Source: Amoebophrya sp. A120 (Eukaryota; Protista; Dinoflagellata). From it: a stretch of 64,000 nt of DNA. This document shows positions 26,223 to 39,722 of the stretch, piece by piece. The notes under the pieces were generated by a model that was not told where the DNA came from, did not search any database, and was given only the letters and a program-made list of their open reading frames with translations. Where the stretch lies: positions 736,564 to 800,563 of the forward strand of contig CAJINV010000005.1 in NCBI GenBank assembly GCA_905178155.1. The letters run 5' to 3'. Made by a program: the position numbers and the translations under genes. The stretch's first letter is position 1; every line of letters starts with the position of its first letter.

Positions 26223-29200
26223 TTAGACGACACCGAGTGCGGCCGCAGCGCCCATGGTCCACATCGCCAAATGCAGGATTCCGCTCGGCCCCAGCATCCC
26301 GAGTTGTATCAGCGCTGGCTGTTCGATCACTTTCGCCGGGCCCTTCTTTTGCTTCTTCTGCAGTATCCTCCGTGAAAACGTCCCCAACTGTTCGGTCACG
26401 ATTGCATGAATTCTGCTAGACAAATGTGCAAGTCTCAGGCAACATCCCACTGCGCGACAAAATCTACTAGACAAATCCGCAAAGGGCTCGCTTGGCCGCA
26501 TCTATCAGGAGGCAGCTTGCTGATCGTGCTAGTTCGAGCATGAAGTGAGGAGCACAAACTTTGAATACACAACTAGAAAGTGTATGTCTCTCCTGGAGAG
26601 CCGTATCATCATGAGCCGCATGAGAGACATGAAAATGAAATGTCAAATCTCTTGCATCAAATTTACAGTATTTGCGTCACACATCCAAGTAAAGGCGTGG
26701 GGAGGTTTTTACACAGGATATGCAGCCGAGGAGCTTCATTTGTACAACTGGAGGCACAAGCAGTATCCTGGAGGTGCGCAGCAACATTCTCTATTGCCGC
26801 AGTTCCATTTCTCCGCCGCTGCTCTGCATGATGGTTTTCCATCATCAAACTCTATTATGGATTGCAAAAGTATGCCTGCATCTTGTGGAAGGTGGTGAAG
26901 ATAGGCTGTGAGTATCAAAGGGCGGCCTCGTCCACCAGGCAGCCGAGCATGACAATTTTTGATCTGCCAAGTCAGTGCTGCGTAACATTCAGTATGGGAA
27001 CAAAAGAAACGCAAACTGCGCTCTCGCATAAAAGGCAAAGAATCTTTACTATCTGCTCCGGCGACAGGCGCTATCCAACCAACCAACGTGCTGCAGCCTT
27101 TTTGTTCCACCAGACCCAGGCTTATCAAATTTGCAGTGCATACACTCGTTGAACCGCATGTCTCGAGGTACTTCCGCAGCGGCCAGACCCCGTAGTGACA
27201 CGCGGCCTGCATGGATACGAGCTTGAAAACGTGGGAGTACATGTCGTGATATGCCTCGGGTAATGCGTAGCAAGAGCACCTCACATTGTCCACCAGCAGT
27301 TCCCCACTGGAAGTCAAGGGACAGTAAAACCCGCGCTCGTAGACCTCGCGCACGGTCTTCACGCGGAGAAAGGTTTGTTTCGTCCTAATGCGGCGCAAAG
27401 TTGATGTTGTAGTTGTTGGCGAAGGAGCCACCGTTTCTTCGCTCCGCCCGGTCGGTGGTGCAGCTAGTGGTGTGCTGACAACTGCTCCTGCACTGATACC
27501 TGTCGGTCCCCCCGTCCTCGCGCGATGGTCAACACCCTGGACGAAAGGTCGTGCTGTGCTCTTGGACGAAAAGCCCGCGTTTCCTTCTTTCTCTCGCTGC
27601 GTGTTGGTCCACCAGCTGCACAACTTCATCTGCTCCTCGTCCTCGCCGCCCAGCACGTGAACCCGATTATCATTTTCGCATCTCCCGTCTACTACTGCAA
27701 TCACTTCCAATTCGGATTCAGCAGGGATCAGGTCCTTCGCGCGGACGAACTCCCCCCGGTCGGCGCTGAAAACCAGGTGCGCGCGGGAGGTCCGAAGCCT
27801 GACTGGCATGCTGTAGTTCTTTCCGAACCGTGGTGGAGTTGTAAGACGTGAGGACAACTGTTTTCTCCACGCTCGTCTTGGAGACCTGGTCGTATCTATG
27901 AAAGTGCACACGAACTCTCCTTCTTTTACGACCCGGTCTCATTTCTCATGCAAGACACGACCTCCACCATTTCTTGCCTTTTGTTTATCACTCTGCAAGC
28001 CACTTTTCCGAAGCCCAAACGAGGACCGCACCAACGACTACAGTCGGTGCGTGCGTTTGTCATGCGGAGGCCACACGTGCATCTCTCCTAGTACTTGATG
28101 TTGTGTCGCTGTAGTTTAATAAGTATGCGTTTGCAAATGAGCGTGGGACGACGGGGACGAGAAATTGTGCAATCTCATAGAAGAGGACGAGTACGTTCTC
28201 GAAGTCGTCGTCTCGCAGGACTCGTATGTTCTTGCACTATTATCGGCAGCAGAAAAAGGTCCGTCGTCACCGGCGTCTACTTTCCCACTTTCGTCGGAGC
28301 TGAAGAGAAATTCGGAGCCCAGTGCTATCCTGTGCAAAAACGTACCTCATTGTCCAGCTGGGAGTAAAGAATTTTGCTAGTACACTACAACCGTGGTACT
28401 CGAGCTGCAACGGTACTATCGGGAGTCAGGCATTACAAAACAGCACTCGCCAAATATCCGTAAGTAAAAACCGCCTAGCGTGGCCGCATCAAATGACACG
28501 TGATCGTTGCGTATGCATAAGTAAAGGTATCGGTATCCTCATGAGCGCATGACAACTTGACTTCTCAAACACAGATTCGCATGACAAGTCCCGATTGGCG
28601 GTCAGTTTTTCGACAGGATAAGATCCGGCTGAAGTTCAACCTCGAGGAAGCAGCAATCTGCCGTCTTGTTATGCATTGCAAATATGTTTGGATCTAGGTA
28701 CTTAGAATAAAGACCATGTTGTAAACTTGTGATGCTACCTTGTTGCTTATGCTGGCGCTGGCTGACACGACAAAAGCAAAACATGAACATCAGAGTCCGT
28801 GGTCTTGCATAAATTAATAGCAAAGTCTGTCCTCTTTGTGTGACGACCGAAAGACGAGGGGAGCTTTGCTCATACCGGAAAGGTACGTATCTATGGGAGA
28901 GCATTCGTAACTCTGTAAGAATTGTTCTTTGCGCTGTTTATTTTCAGAGCTCGTCGGTCGGAGCAAATGCAAATGCGACATTCTTTCCTCTGCAGCCTTC
29001 CGGACCTAAACACATTTGCAGTTGATACTCGTCCCGGTGCAGCCAGCAGAGAACCTGGAGAGCGGGAAAAAAAGTGATCAATCTCAGAGGCCAACCGCAA
29101 CGCACGAACTTCTCTTGCATAGATTCTTTTATGAGTATCGAGAACAAGATTATATATACAACACAAGGACCCAAAAACTAGCAAGACAAACCTTGGGCAA

Positions 29201-31954
29201 GACCTTATCGAAATAATTAAACGGGAAGACGACGAGCCGGCAGCGCAACGAGCTGCACGACTGTATGTCTAGGATCGTGTGACAAACTCGGACTCCTGCA
29301 GCAGCATGAAAAACTAAATCATACAAGACATACTGTCGAAAGAACAAGTAAGTACCTTCTCCCATTTCATCTGTCCATCGCTCGTCTTCCCCACTGCTAT
29401 CTCGTCCCCCACCGCCAGCTCGCGCATTTCGACCTCCGAAACTTCGTATTCCGTCGTGCTTGGAGTTGGACAGCAGGGAGGTGATACATCTTCGAATGCC
29501 GGTGCGCCGTGACAACAGGAACCTCCAAACCTGTTGTTGCTTCTGGCTCGCGGCGTGGTTCTTGTAGAAGTCACCTTGGACGAATGGTTCCCGAGCTCCT
29601 CCTGTGTTAAAAAACCACAACTGGCTTCTGGATTTTTTCCAGCTCCCGCAGCGGCCTTCTTCCTACCACCGGAGGATTTCTGCATCTTCTCTCTCCGCAC
29701 CAGCACCTTGGCGCTTCCCGCAAAACACACTGTGTCTTTCTCCCAGAATATCCCACGAAAAAACTGCTTCACTGTGATGATTTTGCAAGATCTGCATCAC
29801 AAGTTTGTTACACATGACACAGAAAATTTGCCATGCGCGCTTTCAAAGGGCAAACACCTCTCAAGAGTCAAGGTCTTGCAGGTGTAGCAAGACAAATAGT
29901 TCTGTGTTCCATTCTATGCATCACAAGTTCACAGTGAAACAGTTTTTTCTTGCGATACAGAACCAGCCGAAGGTGTTCGTGCAGTGCTTGGTGCAGTCGC
30001 GCTTTTCATCATCTATCAAAAGGAAAAATCCCCCCTCCCCATATCGAAATGGAAATCTGTGATGCGGGATTTGTGTACACAAATCGCCTTTGTCTTGCCG
30101 TACAAGACTGCAACTAGACACAAAGCCGGAGTAGGGGCGTTCTGGTGTAGGCGCCTAGCAAGGGAGGAACATCCTCCGTAGGCCATACAGCATTACAAAT
30201 TGCCTGCAGGAGAATGCGGCGGAGTTTTTGGATTTGCCTTCTTGCAATACAGGGGCGATTTGTGGTCTCAAATCAGCATCACAAATTTTCAGAAGTATCC
30301 CGTTTTGATATGGGGAGGGGGGATTTTTCCTCACAATATCATCCGCGGACTTGCCCCCCATCAGGTCCTGCGCAGATCCCATCGCACCTTTGGCGGCCGT
30401 AATCGTTATGGTGTTCTCAAACGTTCTCAACTGTTACATAATTTGTCATGCAAAACTCTCATCAGAATCTACACCATCAAGTAAGTTGCTTCGCATGATA
30501 AATTTCGGAAGGGCTAAACAGCATCTAAATCTGTGCCAAACCTGTATTGCAAGAGGCGCAATGTTCCCCCTTTCTCTTTCACTCTTGCTATTTGTGCATC
30601 ACAAATTCATGTAACAGTTGAGAATGTAACGTTTGAGGACGCCATAATCGTGCCCACTCCCTTCGAAATAAAGTCGCCCTCCCCGCCGGCGGCCCCACCG
30701 ATCTCCGCGGTCGCTTCCTTCGTCGCCCGGGCTTTTTCGGCCTGCCGGTTCAGGACGGCTGGGCAGGAGGGTGAGGAAAATCAAAATTGTATGTGTTTCA
30801 TTCTTCAAAACTCTTCATGCGATCAGACATGCATTCGAATTAGACAACCACCTGGGCGGCCTGACACTAGACAGATACACAGATTGATACGCGAACTATC
30901 TTGATGCGTATTAAAGAACAAATATTTACACATGTAGTAGTACCAATATCGTCGAAGAGCATTTCACACGCCTGGTTGCATTCCTTCTTATCCTTTCCGG
31001 TGTCGTACAGCTTCCCGTCGATCATGTACGAGCTATCCTAAAGAAAAGTACTACACCCATAGTAAAAAAGATCATTGAACAAGCTTGTCATGCTGCTCTC
31101 TGTATCATCGCGTTGGCTGTCCAGCATGACAAATTTTTTGGAGAACTTTTTGTTAGTCTTAGTCATTGTCATGCTAGTCCGCATTACATTCTCCATTTAC
31201 CACGACGAGGATATTGACTCTGTTGCGGATCAGCGGTTTGATGTGAACGAATAAATAACCAGCAAAGCAATGTTCATTATGGGGGTACTTCTCTCTGGGA
31301 TACGAGCTTTGACTCGAAGACGTCGCCTCCTCGCCCAACACGGGAGCTGCCATACCACCGCCCATTCCGCCGCCTCCGTTCATGCCTCCACCATTCATGC
31401 CGCCGCCGTTCATGCCGCCGCCGTTCATCCCTCCACCATTCATACCGCCGCCACCCATGCCGCCGCTGCCCATAGAAGTATCCATGCCGCCGCCTGCCAT
31501 AACTTTGTTGAAAGTCAAAGTATTAAAAGTGAGAAGACATAAACATGCTGTTCGCATATGGAATGTCAATGTGCTCATTCTTATTGCAAACATAAAAACC
31601 CTTCTGTACCTTGAAAGCTGGTTGTTTTGCCGCGCAGATCAACAAACCTGGTTTGCAGTCCATTTCCACGGCCATTTTTGCCGCCACGGCCCGGATGAAC
31701 ATCTTGCGATTGCTCCGAGTAGAAGCAGGTGGTCGGTAATTCCTGGTCCGGTCTCCTGCTCGTCTTACTTGCTTCGCGGCTGTAATCCCAAGGGAAATTC
31801 GACGGGTAGGATGGCGTGCGCCCAGAGCCCTGCAGCGCGGTGTACGTTGTGTCCAGGTGGGAGCGCAGCATCGTCGTATTTTTTGTCCTCCCTCAAAAGA
31901 TGACAATGAGTCTGATAAGGACAATGAGTCTGCTTCTAAAACCGAATGCTGCAC
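26223..31954 (-). CDS. Hog/Hint (hedgehog-intein) autoprocessing domain protein with Gly/Met-rich N-terminus and C-terminal hydrophobic segment
   Basis: CFAGSAKV, MRELAVGDEI, VLCWLHRD, RTSRAHLVF, FVRAKDL and GFYCPLTSSGELLVDNVRCSCYA; nine introners and at least three GT-AG introns, all in frame; start uncertain. Confidence 0.85.
26364..26720. mobile_element. TIR introner family I
   Basis: Perfect TSD tgcag; tatcct..gt(g/a)aaaac TIR. Confidence 0.85.
26853..27142. mobile_element. Decayed TIR introner (A-like)
   Basis: TSD aactc/cactc; in-frame join. Confidence 0.7.
27897..28179. mobile_element. Strongly decayed TIR introner
   Basis: tatga.a.tgcaca TIR; TSD diverged (gtatc/gaaga); in-frame join. 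Confidence 0.55.
28326..28620. mobile_element. TIR introner family I
   Basis: tatcctgt..aaaaac TIR; TSD agtgc/agatc. Confidence 0.75.
28670..29027. mobile_element. Decayed TIR introner (A-like)
   Basis: TSD cttgt/ctcgt; in-frame HRDE|TADCCF. Confidence 0.75.
29749..29957. mobile_element. TIR introner family F
   Basis: Perfect TSD cagaa; inverted aaaaaactg(c/t)ttcactgtga. Confidence 0.9.
30014..30338. mobile_element. TIR introner family B
   Basis: TIR aggaaaaatcccccctccccatatc; perfect TSD tcatc. Confidence 0.95.
30407..30646. mobile_element. TIR introner family G
   Basis: Perfect TSD atcgt; TIR tatggtgttctcaaacgtt. Confidence 0.92.
31034..31302. mobile_element. TIR introner
   Basis: Perfect TSD cgagc; tatcc.a.aga.aagtac TIR. 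Confidence 0.85.
31350..31500 (-). repeat. Coding 15-bp tandem repeat encoding (GGGMN)n
   Basis: ggcggcggcatgaac-type units inside the Hint gene. Confidence 0.85.
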
Positions 31955-32583
31955 TTGAGGCAGAAAAAATTTTCTCCAGCAATAAAGTAGGAATCGTCTC
32001 GTTGTTCCCTATGAATTTAGTACGGGAAGATGTCCGACGAGTCCGATCACGTGAGAAAGGCAAAAGTCGTTTAGATTGATAGACTTCGTGATCTGAAAGG
32101 AAGGCGTTTAGATTGATAGATATTAGACGACCAGCGACACACTCCAAGAACTGCCATAATCCCTCAACGAAGTGATAGCGAAAGCGAACTAACTACAATA
32201 CGGACGCAGAAGCCATCGCTCGTAGCGAGCGACTGTTCCGATCACAAAACGACAGCGAAAATTAATAAACTCAGCTGCAATGCGTGCCGCGGTAGCTCGT
32301 TGTCAGTGCTGGTGCAGAAATGCATGAACTACGAAATCACTTCACGGCAACGACGTTAGCACTCCCGCGAACCTGTAATGCAAATCAACTCCACTGAACA
32401 TCAATAACAAAAACAAACAGTAAATGCGCGCACGCAGTGGTACTACTTATTAGTACCGACACGACCAAGACCGCCAAATCGTTCCGCATAAGCGTCTAAC
32501 TATCTTTCCTGCCGCGTTTTACCTTCAACCACGCTCCTCATGGTGAAGAAAATCATGCAAGGACAGCACACAACAACGTCCTG

Positions 32584-35500
32584 TCAAGCAGGCGCGTATT
32601 CTTCACTATACGCTTCCCGATGGAACCACGCGCCGCGTTTCGCCCTCAGCGTGACCTCCTCTGTGCCACGTAATCTTTGGTACACTACCCGCCAAAACAG
32701 CTCCTGCTCCGGAAAGTGAAATACGTTCACCGCAACCGGGCCGACTCTGCAGTTTGCGCGCTCGTACTGTGCGTACCGATACCGGTCCCGGTCCATGTGG
32801 AGGCCATGCATTGAAAAAGGATCGTGCACATCATAGTAGAGACACATAAATTTTTTCAAAACCTCTGCGCCCGGATAAGTCCATCTAGAAATACTCATCG
32901 TCGAGTTTCGGGCATCAAGAAACCGGATCTGTCACCATGCAGTGCTGTCGCAACTAGTATGAGTAGACGATACCTTTGCATCGAGGATAAAGACGGTGCA
33001 GAGACAAAATCGGCACCGGATACTTGTTATGAAATGCAGACATACCTGGGTCTGGGTCTGGAAAACAGGAAGTACTGCTGGCGTCTCCATGATGAGAAAC
33101 GGAGGCGGACTTCTGTACCCACCTCGACGCACCACCAGATTTAGGATTTTTTTTCCGAGGTCGGTGCTACAGAGTGCAGCGTCAATAAGGCACCAATAGT
33201 AAGTATGAGAAGTCTTCGCATTTTGCTATAACAAGCAGTGTCATGTGGGGAGCCATCATGAGCTTCATGCATCCCAGATCTTACATGCCCCATGCCCATT
33301 CATCGCTAAAATGCGCATAATGTCACAGATAAAGCCTAGTTCCATTCTTGTTCCAGACCCTGAGGACCCAGACGCGTTTGCAACTCATACTTGTACCTTT
33401 CCCGGTCCCAGTTCAAAAACGCGGATAGCGCTGCAAACGCGGTCCACCCGTCGGACCTCCTGGTTGTCGCAATTATCGCGGCGGCCTGCGACAACACGTA
33501 GGAATCATACAGCGTCGCGTAGTCGCCACTTTGCTGCAAGTGCGGCCTCGCAGATTGGTAGTTCGCCTCCCCGAACAGCGACTGCCCGAGAGTCGTCGGC
33601 GTGAGCACGGTCACGTTGAGCTTCTGAGCGAGGAACCGCTGGTACGCCAGCAGGTGTTGCTCGGAGTCGCCGACCAGGACCCAGGGAATCTTGGCGAGGT
33701 GGGAGGACACCGCTTTCTTCTGACTCTGCGCGATCTCGGTTAACTGCTTGAACACTTCCGCACGCAGCCACAGGTCGTGGTCGTTCGTATGCTGCAGGTC
33801 ACCGACCCGGACATGGAGGGCGAAGTAAGGAGAGGATGCCTTCTTGTTGGACGCTACCCGTGCTGCACTTGTCGCTCGTGCTTCGGATCTTGTTTGCAAA
33901 GGAGATGTAGTATTTTCCTGCTCTTCATGCGGATTTGCAGCAGGAGAACCAAGCTCACTCCGCCCGTCTGTTGAGGTTGAGGATGTTGTGAAGAACGCTG
34001 TCACGTCCATCTGCATTTTTTATCCCACAGAAAAAAGCTGGCAGGGCATATTTGTAATGCAAAAACAAATACACAGAAAAATTTGTCATTGGCGGCCTCA
34101 TAGCATGCGACTTAGGATATGCAATGCAAATCTTTTCGTCTATTTATTTTTGCATTACAAATATGACCTGCCAGTTTTTTTCTGTGTGATATTTTTGAAG
34201 CGAAGAACATGAAGCGCTCCAGAAAACACAGGTAGTCATTGCCAAAATACAGCCGCCCCCACTCGGTCCGCCGCCACTCCCAGAACCGCTTCTCCGGGTG
34301 TGAGCCGTGCTGCGGGGGGGACCACAAGTCAATCTGCGGCATCAGGTCAAGGAGAAGGGGAATTGCGCGCGTGTTCGGTGTCGCGGAGTATTTGCTTGCA
34401 GTCGTTTGTTCGGGTTCATGCATGGCTCCCTTGCTCGGGAAACTTTTTTCGTCTCGTCCGGATAGTTCTTGTGAAGAAACTTCCTCTTTGATTCCTTGTA
34501 CTTGTTCAAGAGCCGCATCCCCATCAGCGTTTATAATTTTCTCAATTCCAATTTCATTCCCGCCTGCTGTCATGCCCGCGTACATCTTGCCGAGCTCACT
34601 TGGGGGCGGCAAAGACAGTCGCAGCATGCTCTGGAAATACGCCGTACTTACCTCCTCCTAGCACAAATTGAAACTCAAGTTCTTGGGAGCTCGGCAAGAC
34701 GATCCCGGAAGTTCTTTCGGAACCATCACACGACATGTCGCGGGACAACATGCAGAACAGACTGTGTGGCGTCAACGCAGCAGCCGTGCCTAGTTGGTCT
34801 AGCCGCAGGAGAAACCCGCCAGTACTCCCTTGTCGTGCTGATCATAACGCGAGCGCGTAACAAATTTACAGACACGACAACGCAGATTGATCCCCCCCCT
34901 GAAGCAAATCCGCATTAGTGGAGGCGTTTTGGGAACAATCAAAAATGCACATCGCAATATTGTGCAGAAGGGTAAGATGAACTAGTTACGTTTTTACAAA
35001 GGATACGCACCATGAGCTCCTCGTCCGACATGCTCTCGACGGGGCGACCGAACCTTTCGCCCAGTTCGTACAAGAATTCCTGTTTTTTGATTTGAAACCA
35101 CCGCTCCTTCGGCATGTACTCGGTGCGCCAGTCGTTTGCCACGTTGCTCCGCGCGACCAACTTGCTGTCGCCAAGGTAGTCCCGAAATCGACCGAAAAAC
35201 CGGCTGCGGCTGTTCGGACCTTCATCGTCCAGCACTTCCCACATGTGCTTCTCGTCTCTCAGGAAAACAATGTTCTTTGGGAGCTCCTTTTTGAAAACGT
35301 GGAAGAAGCTGTCCCGCTTCAATCCACTGTGGATGGACGATTCATCCCAGTAAGTGAGGACTTGGACGCGGAAGTGCATCTTTATTGCCGAAGGGTCGAC
35401 GTTATGCACGTGCAAAAGTATAATCGTACCAGTACCAATTTATCTACGAGAAGATATGGAGTTTGGAATGCATGATTTCGATCATTAGTACCAGCATGGA

Positions 35501-36638
35501 ACAAGTAGATCCTTTGCAGTGGATAGTCGTCGCCGCTTTGATGAAGTCTTTCGTCGAAAGGTACGCCTTCCGGAGATTCTCCTGAGTGCAAAGATGCCCG
35601 CGAGGATAATGATGCATTCGTCCCGTTACTCTTTTGTTCGTATTCACCCAAATTTGTTGTACTACTAGAAGAAGCTTCTTCTTGAACAGCAAGCAGTACC
35701 CTCTCCTTCCAAGCCTTCCGCATGTTTGCCTGAAACGCTGCACTGGACTCCAGAGTCAAGGCCACGGTCGCGGCGTCGAGTAAATGCAGCAGCCGATCCC
35801 CCAGTCCCGGTGGTCGCTGCCCATCGTATACGAGGTACTGCACAGTGATCACGTTGTTCTCTTGCAGCTGCTTATGCTCCTTTGCATCGTCCACATTATC
35901 TTTCCGCGCGTTGCCCCCTGCTGTGATCGTGTCTAGTTCCACCTGCTGGTGGTACTTCTCGTACGCCGCTGTGCACTGCTGTTTGCGTTCGCTCGCCTCG
36001 AAGTCGACCGTGTAGACGTGCTGCAAAATTTCGTTATACTCTTCCATGCCGAAGCCCCATTCCTCGCAGAATTCGTTTTCCTGCCACAGGAACAGTTTTT
36101 CCTGCCCGTTGATGTTGGTAAAATCCTTCCCGATGAAGCGCGAGTAGATGTGGTCCTGGAGGATAACTCGGATCTCCTCGTCCGTCATGTTCAGATCCTT
36201 CAGAGATTTGGTTCCCACCGCCTTCCCATCCAGGTTGTGCTTCTTGAACCAGGCCTCCTCCTCTTCCGGCGTCAGATCCGCGCGCGCGAAATGAAAGTGT
36301 AATTGAAGATAAAAGGGCGCCAGCTTCAGAAGGAACAGGAGCAAGAACGCTAGATAGGTCGTGGCCCACCGAATGACTGCTTGCCCTGCTATTTTTACCC
36401 GCATGCAAGGCCACACTGCACACGATGCCCGCGGACGAGGTGCAGCACTCGGGGAGAACCGAATTGATGATGCAGCCCGAGTTATAATCATCTTCGCGCG
36501 CTGAAAACCACAATCCGCCAGCCCGAGAAAGGCGAGGACACCTCGACATTTTTTCAGCAGGTTTCCTCGTTTCCCCACTAAGCATACGCGCTGCCGCTCG
36601 AAACTCTCGTGGTGCGTCGAGACAGGAGCAGGAGGCAT
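32584..36638 (-). CDS. GT-B fucosyltransferase-like protein (GT11/GT23/NodZ-like), type II membrane
   Basis: PGLGDRL, ALHVRVGD, VLVGDS and DSYVLSQA motifs; N-terminal TM; at least four introners; gene ends uncertain. Confidence 0.7.
33028..33389. mobile_element. Decayed TIR introner (A-like)
   Basis: Perfect TSD cttgt; gggtctggaa/ttccagaccc. Confidence 0.82.
34021..34191. mobile_element. TIR introner (F-related, long hairpin)
   Basis: TSD ttttt; ~50-bp TIR; in-frame ASK|MQMD. Confidence 0.9.
34625..35005. mobile_element. Decayed TIR introner (family I)
   Basis: TSD cgcag/cgcac; in-frame MVR|LSLPP. Confidence 0.6.
35403..35525. mobile_element. Decayed TIR introner (family E)
   Basis: TSD gacgt/gtcgt; tat.cac.tgcaaa TIR; in-frame GDD|DPSA. 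Confidence 0.75.
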
Positions 36639-37669
36639 CGTCGTTCCGCAGGTCGTTCCCGCGGACGACCGTCATCGCCCTTCGGGTTGGTCCACCAAAG
36701 GAGGTTCTCGTGGAACAAGATGGAGCGACGACATCATTTGCAAGCCGACGCACTACGCTACTTGGTCTCTCTTCTGGTGCGGCCTCATGTTGGTGCACGA
36801 AGAAAAGTTGTAAGTAGAGCATCTTCTCAACATGCACAGAATTCCTTTATCACGTGCTTCCCGAAGTAGATCAAAATTACGTCCTTGTCTTTGATCCTGC
36901 TCGGAGCTATGGTCTGATAAAAATTAGTACTCCGTCCCCTAAGTATCATGTGGGTGAGGGGACAGCTTCTCGAGACGTGACGACGGTGCTGCCGTGGTGA
37001 ACCTCAAAAATGTTGACCGCCATCGCACGTCCTCGAAAAGCGCTGAACATCACGGTTTTCGGTGTCTGAGATTTATTTTCCAACCTGATTTGGAGTTGGA
37101 GCCATCGCATAGATAGCATGGTAATAAGCTTTCAACAAAATTCATTTCTCATCTCACTCTCAGAAAAGAAAAGCTCGCAAGAATTAAAAGCATCTTGTAT
37201 TTCTGTTGCAAAATCCCCATCCAGGGTGGTGTCAAAAACAAGAAACGCAGTTAATCATAATCACCTACAAGTAAGTTCATCAGTACCGTCCAAAAAGATG
37301 TGAAGTAGGTATCTGCGAGGGTTCCAGTTCTCATCTTTCAAGCGTAGAAGCATTCAATAGTTTCTCAGTAAAATCATACAGAGAGGCACACGACGAAAGA
37401 GCTTGTTGATGCTACTTCTCGTTGTTCTCACTCGCATTCCTTATTAAATTCAGTACTAGGCAGCAAATCCAAAAATCATTCATTTTTTCCTTCGAAAACC
37501 TCCGCAGAAGGCACATAAACGCTATTGTATTTGTATTTTTAACAGAGAAATCAAAGAATCAACTCAAAAAACTTTTTCCATCCCATTCTGCATCTCCATC
37601 TTCTGCATCTGAGTGAAGATAAACATCCCGCATCAAAGAAAAATCGCTCTGCAAAACAGCGCTGCGTCT

Positions 37670-38863
37670 TCACGACCGCCACCCAGCACCGGGCACCAGC
37701 ATCGGGACCTTCCGTTTCCACTCCGCAAACTCCTCTCCGTAGCGGCTCAAAGACTGTTCCTTCTCCGGAACTCCGACCACCACCGTAATGACCAACAGCC
37801 ACACCACCGGGATCCACGCGTACAGATTCGTGGCGCCCGCGACGACCGTCATTCCCAACCAAATCAAGATCTCGCCAAAGTAGCTCGGGTGGCGGACGAC
37901 GGAGAAAAATCCGTCGGTGATCAATCTCCCCGGGCTGTATTTCAGCTGAAAGTACTTCTGCGCGTCCGCGGCGTAGTGAAAGAAGCTGCCAACCGAGAAG
38001 AAAAGGCAACCAACGGTGATTTCGAGCCAGGTAATTTCGTCGCGTCCCACTTGCTGCTGGTTTGCAAGATGCTCAGCCGGCAAAGACGACGAACTTGTAC
38101 TGGATGCAGCCGTACTCTTCGCATCTTCTGCTCCCGTATGGTACAGCTCATTTTCGCTCTTGTTCTCGCAACAGCTCACGATCGGGTACAGGAAGTAAAC
38201 GCCGATAAGACAAAACTTGCCGACGTAGTCAAGAATCCCTTGGATCTTCGCTTTCTCCGAATTGTAGAACTGCAGGTCCGGGAACAAATTGCTCTTCAGT
38301 ACCCAGTTCACACCATACGCCCCGAACAATCCCGCCATGAGCGCCGGACGGGTGGAGAAGTTGTCAGTGATCAGCATGCAGAGTATCGCGACCGGGAGCC
38401 ACAAGGCCTTGTGCACCTCCAGCAGGTTCCCGAGCGAGGTGTCCTCAAAGAACTTGTTGTTGTTCCCGGTTGATGTTGTTCGTGCGACGTTCAAGCGACG
38501 CCCGAGGTGGTCGTAAAGAACGGAGGTCGCTGTGGTAGCGCCTCCTGCGTCATGTTTGCCGTCATCGTCGTGGTGGTCTAGCTGTGTGCAACTACGCTCG
38601 GCCCGGGGATAGCCCGACTCCTTGTTGTTGTTTTCAATTAACGGTTCTTGCAGGAAGGGTTTCTTCAAGTTTCCGGCAGTCGCGGACGACATCTTTGCCG
38701 GTGAACAATCCGTCGCTAGATTTTGCGCTGCAAGGCTTGGAGCGGTTTGGGTCAGCAAAATTTGTCGCACAAACCACCACGACAAGGCCGCGACGGCCAC
38801 GACCAGGCCGAGAAACGGCAAGATGCTTTGGGTCCCAGGGTCGGACAGGAGGGAGGGCGTCAT
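37670..38863 (-). CDS. DUF1295 / steroid 5-alpha-reductase-like polytopic membrane protein; intronless
   Basis: ADAQKYF and LITDGFFSVVRHPSYFGEILIW motifs; several TM segments. Confidence 0.85.
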   Translation of the reverse strand: MTPSLLSDPGTQSILPFLGLVVAVAALSWWFVRQILLTQTAPSLAAQNLATDCSPAKMSSATAGNLKKPFLQEPLIENNNKESGYPRAERSCTQLDHHDDDGKHDAGGATTATSVLYDHLGRRLNVARTTSTGNNNKFFEDTSLGNLLEVHKALWLPVAILCMLITDNFSTRPALMAGLFGAYGVNWVLKSNLFPDLQFYNSEKAKIQGILDYVGKFCLIGVYFLYPIVSCCENKSENELYHTGAEDAKSTAASSTSSSSLPAEHLANQQQVGRDEITWLEITVGCLFFSVGSFFHYAADAQKYFQLKYSPGRLITDGFFSVVRHPSYFGEILIWLGMTVVAGATNLYAWIPVVWLLVITVVVGVPEKEQSLSRYGEEFAEWKRKVPMLVPGAGWRS

Positions 38864-39722
38864 CTTGATGCCTTCTTTCTGGGAGAAACAGATCCCGCTG
38901 TGTTATACTAGACGAAAGAAGAGTGGTCCGTCTATTTCCACGGAGAGAGCAACTACCTCTGCTTCTGATGTACTGCCTCGAGAACGAGTACGAGATGGAC
39001 AAAAACACCCGGAAAAATTAACGAACAGGTTATGGATGAAAAAACTGACAAACTAGGCTTAGGCAGTAACAACGCATGCTCTTTTTGTCCACCACACTGG
39101 ATCATACTTATCTCAGTACTTCTCGTACAGCTATAACAATACGCTAGTTCACAGTCCAATTTTCATCTCTCATTTTCGCTGTTGTCCACTGCCACTCTCG
39201 ATGTCGTTATAGCAACTCGTACATAAATTTCAACCTCGAGCTTCATCTTTTGCTTCATTTCTAATCAACTGTGTCGAGGAAAGGGCGGCTGTCTGTGCGA
39301 TTGTAAATCAATTGGGTCGACGAACAACGACTGTGGGGCATTCGAAAGTGGAATCCCCCTCCCACTACGGCGGTGTAGTAGCAGCACGACCCCCGTCTGG
39401 ATCCGGATACTCATCCAATTTTGGCTACTCACTCTCACTTTTTGCTTTTCCTTTATCCACGTGGGGGGCCGGACCAAAACCAGTAATCAAATACAAATGA
39501 TGATGAAACCACTATGTTGATAAAACTGAAATCTTCAAACGGGCATCCAGAGAACCCACTTTTCATCTATGTCTATTTGTATTTACTAGTACAATGTAGT
39601 CGGGTCGCATAGAGACTCAAGACATGGCGCGAGGACGACATCGACCTTTATACAACCGGTAAAAAAAAACCACTTTATTAAGCGAGCACGGGGATCATGA
39701 AGGGCAGAAAGCAGGGTCACTT

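Noticed and set aside
26736-29772. Hint region as a true intein or homing endonuclease element
   Set aside because: It ends in Hog-type SCYA rather than HN-C/S/T, and has no LAGLIDADG motif
32844-32989. Possible additional decayed introner (gagac/aagac flanks, in-frame HRL|YYDVH)
   Set aside because: The left end lacks TA and a convincing TIR; not counted
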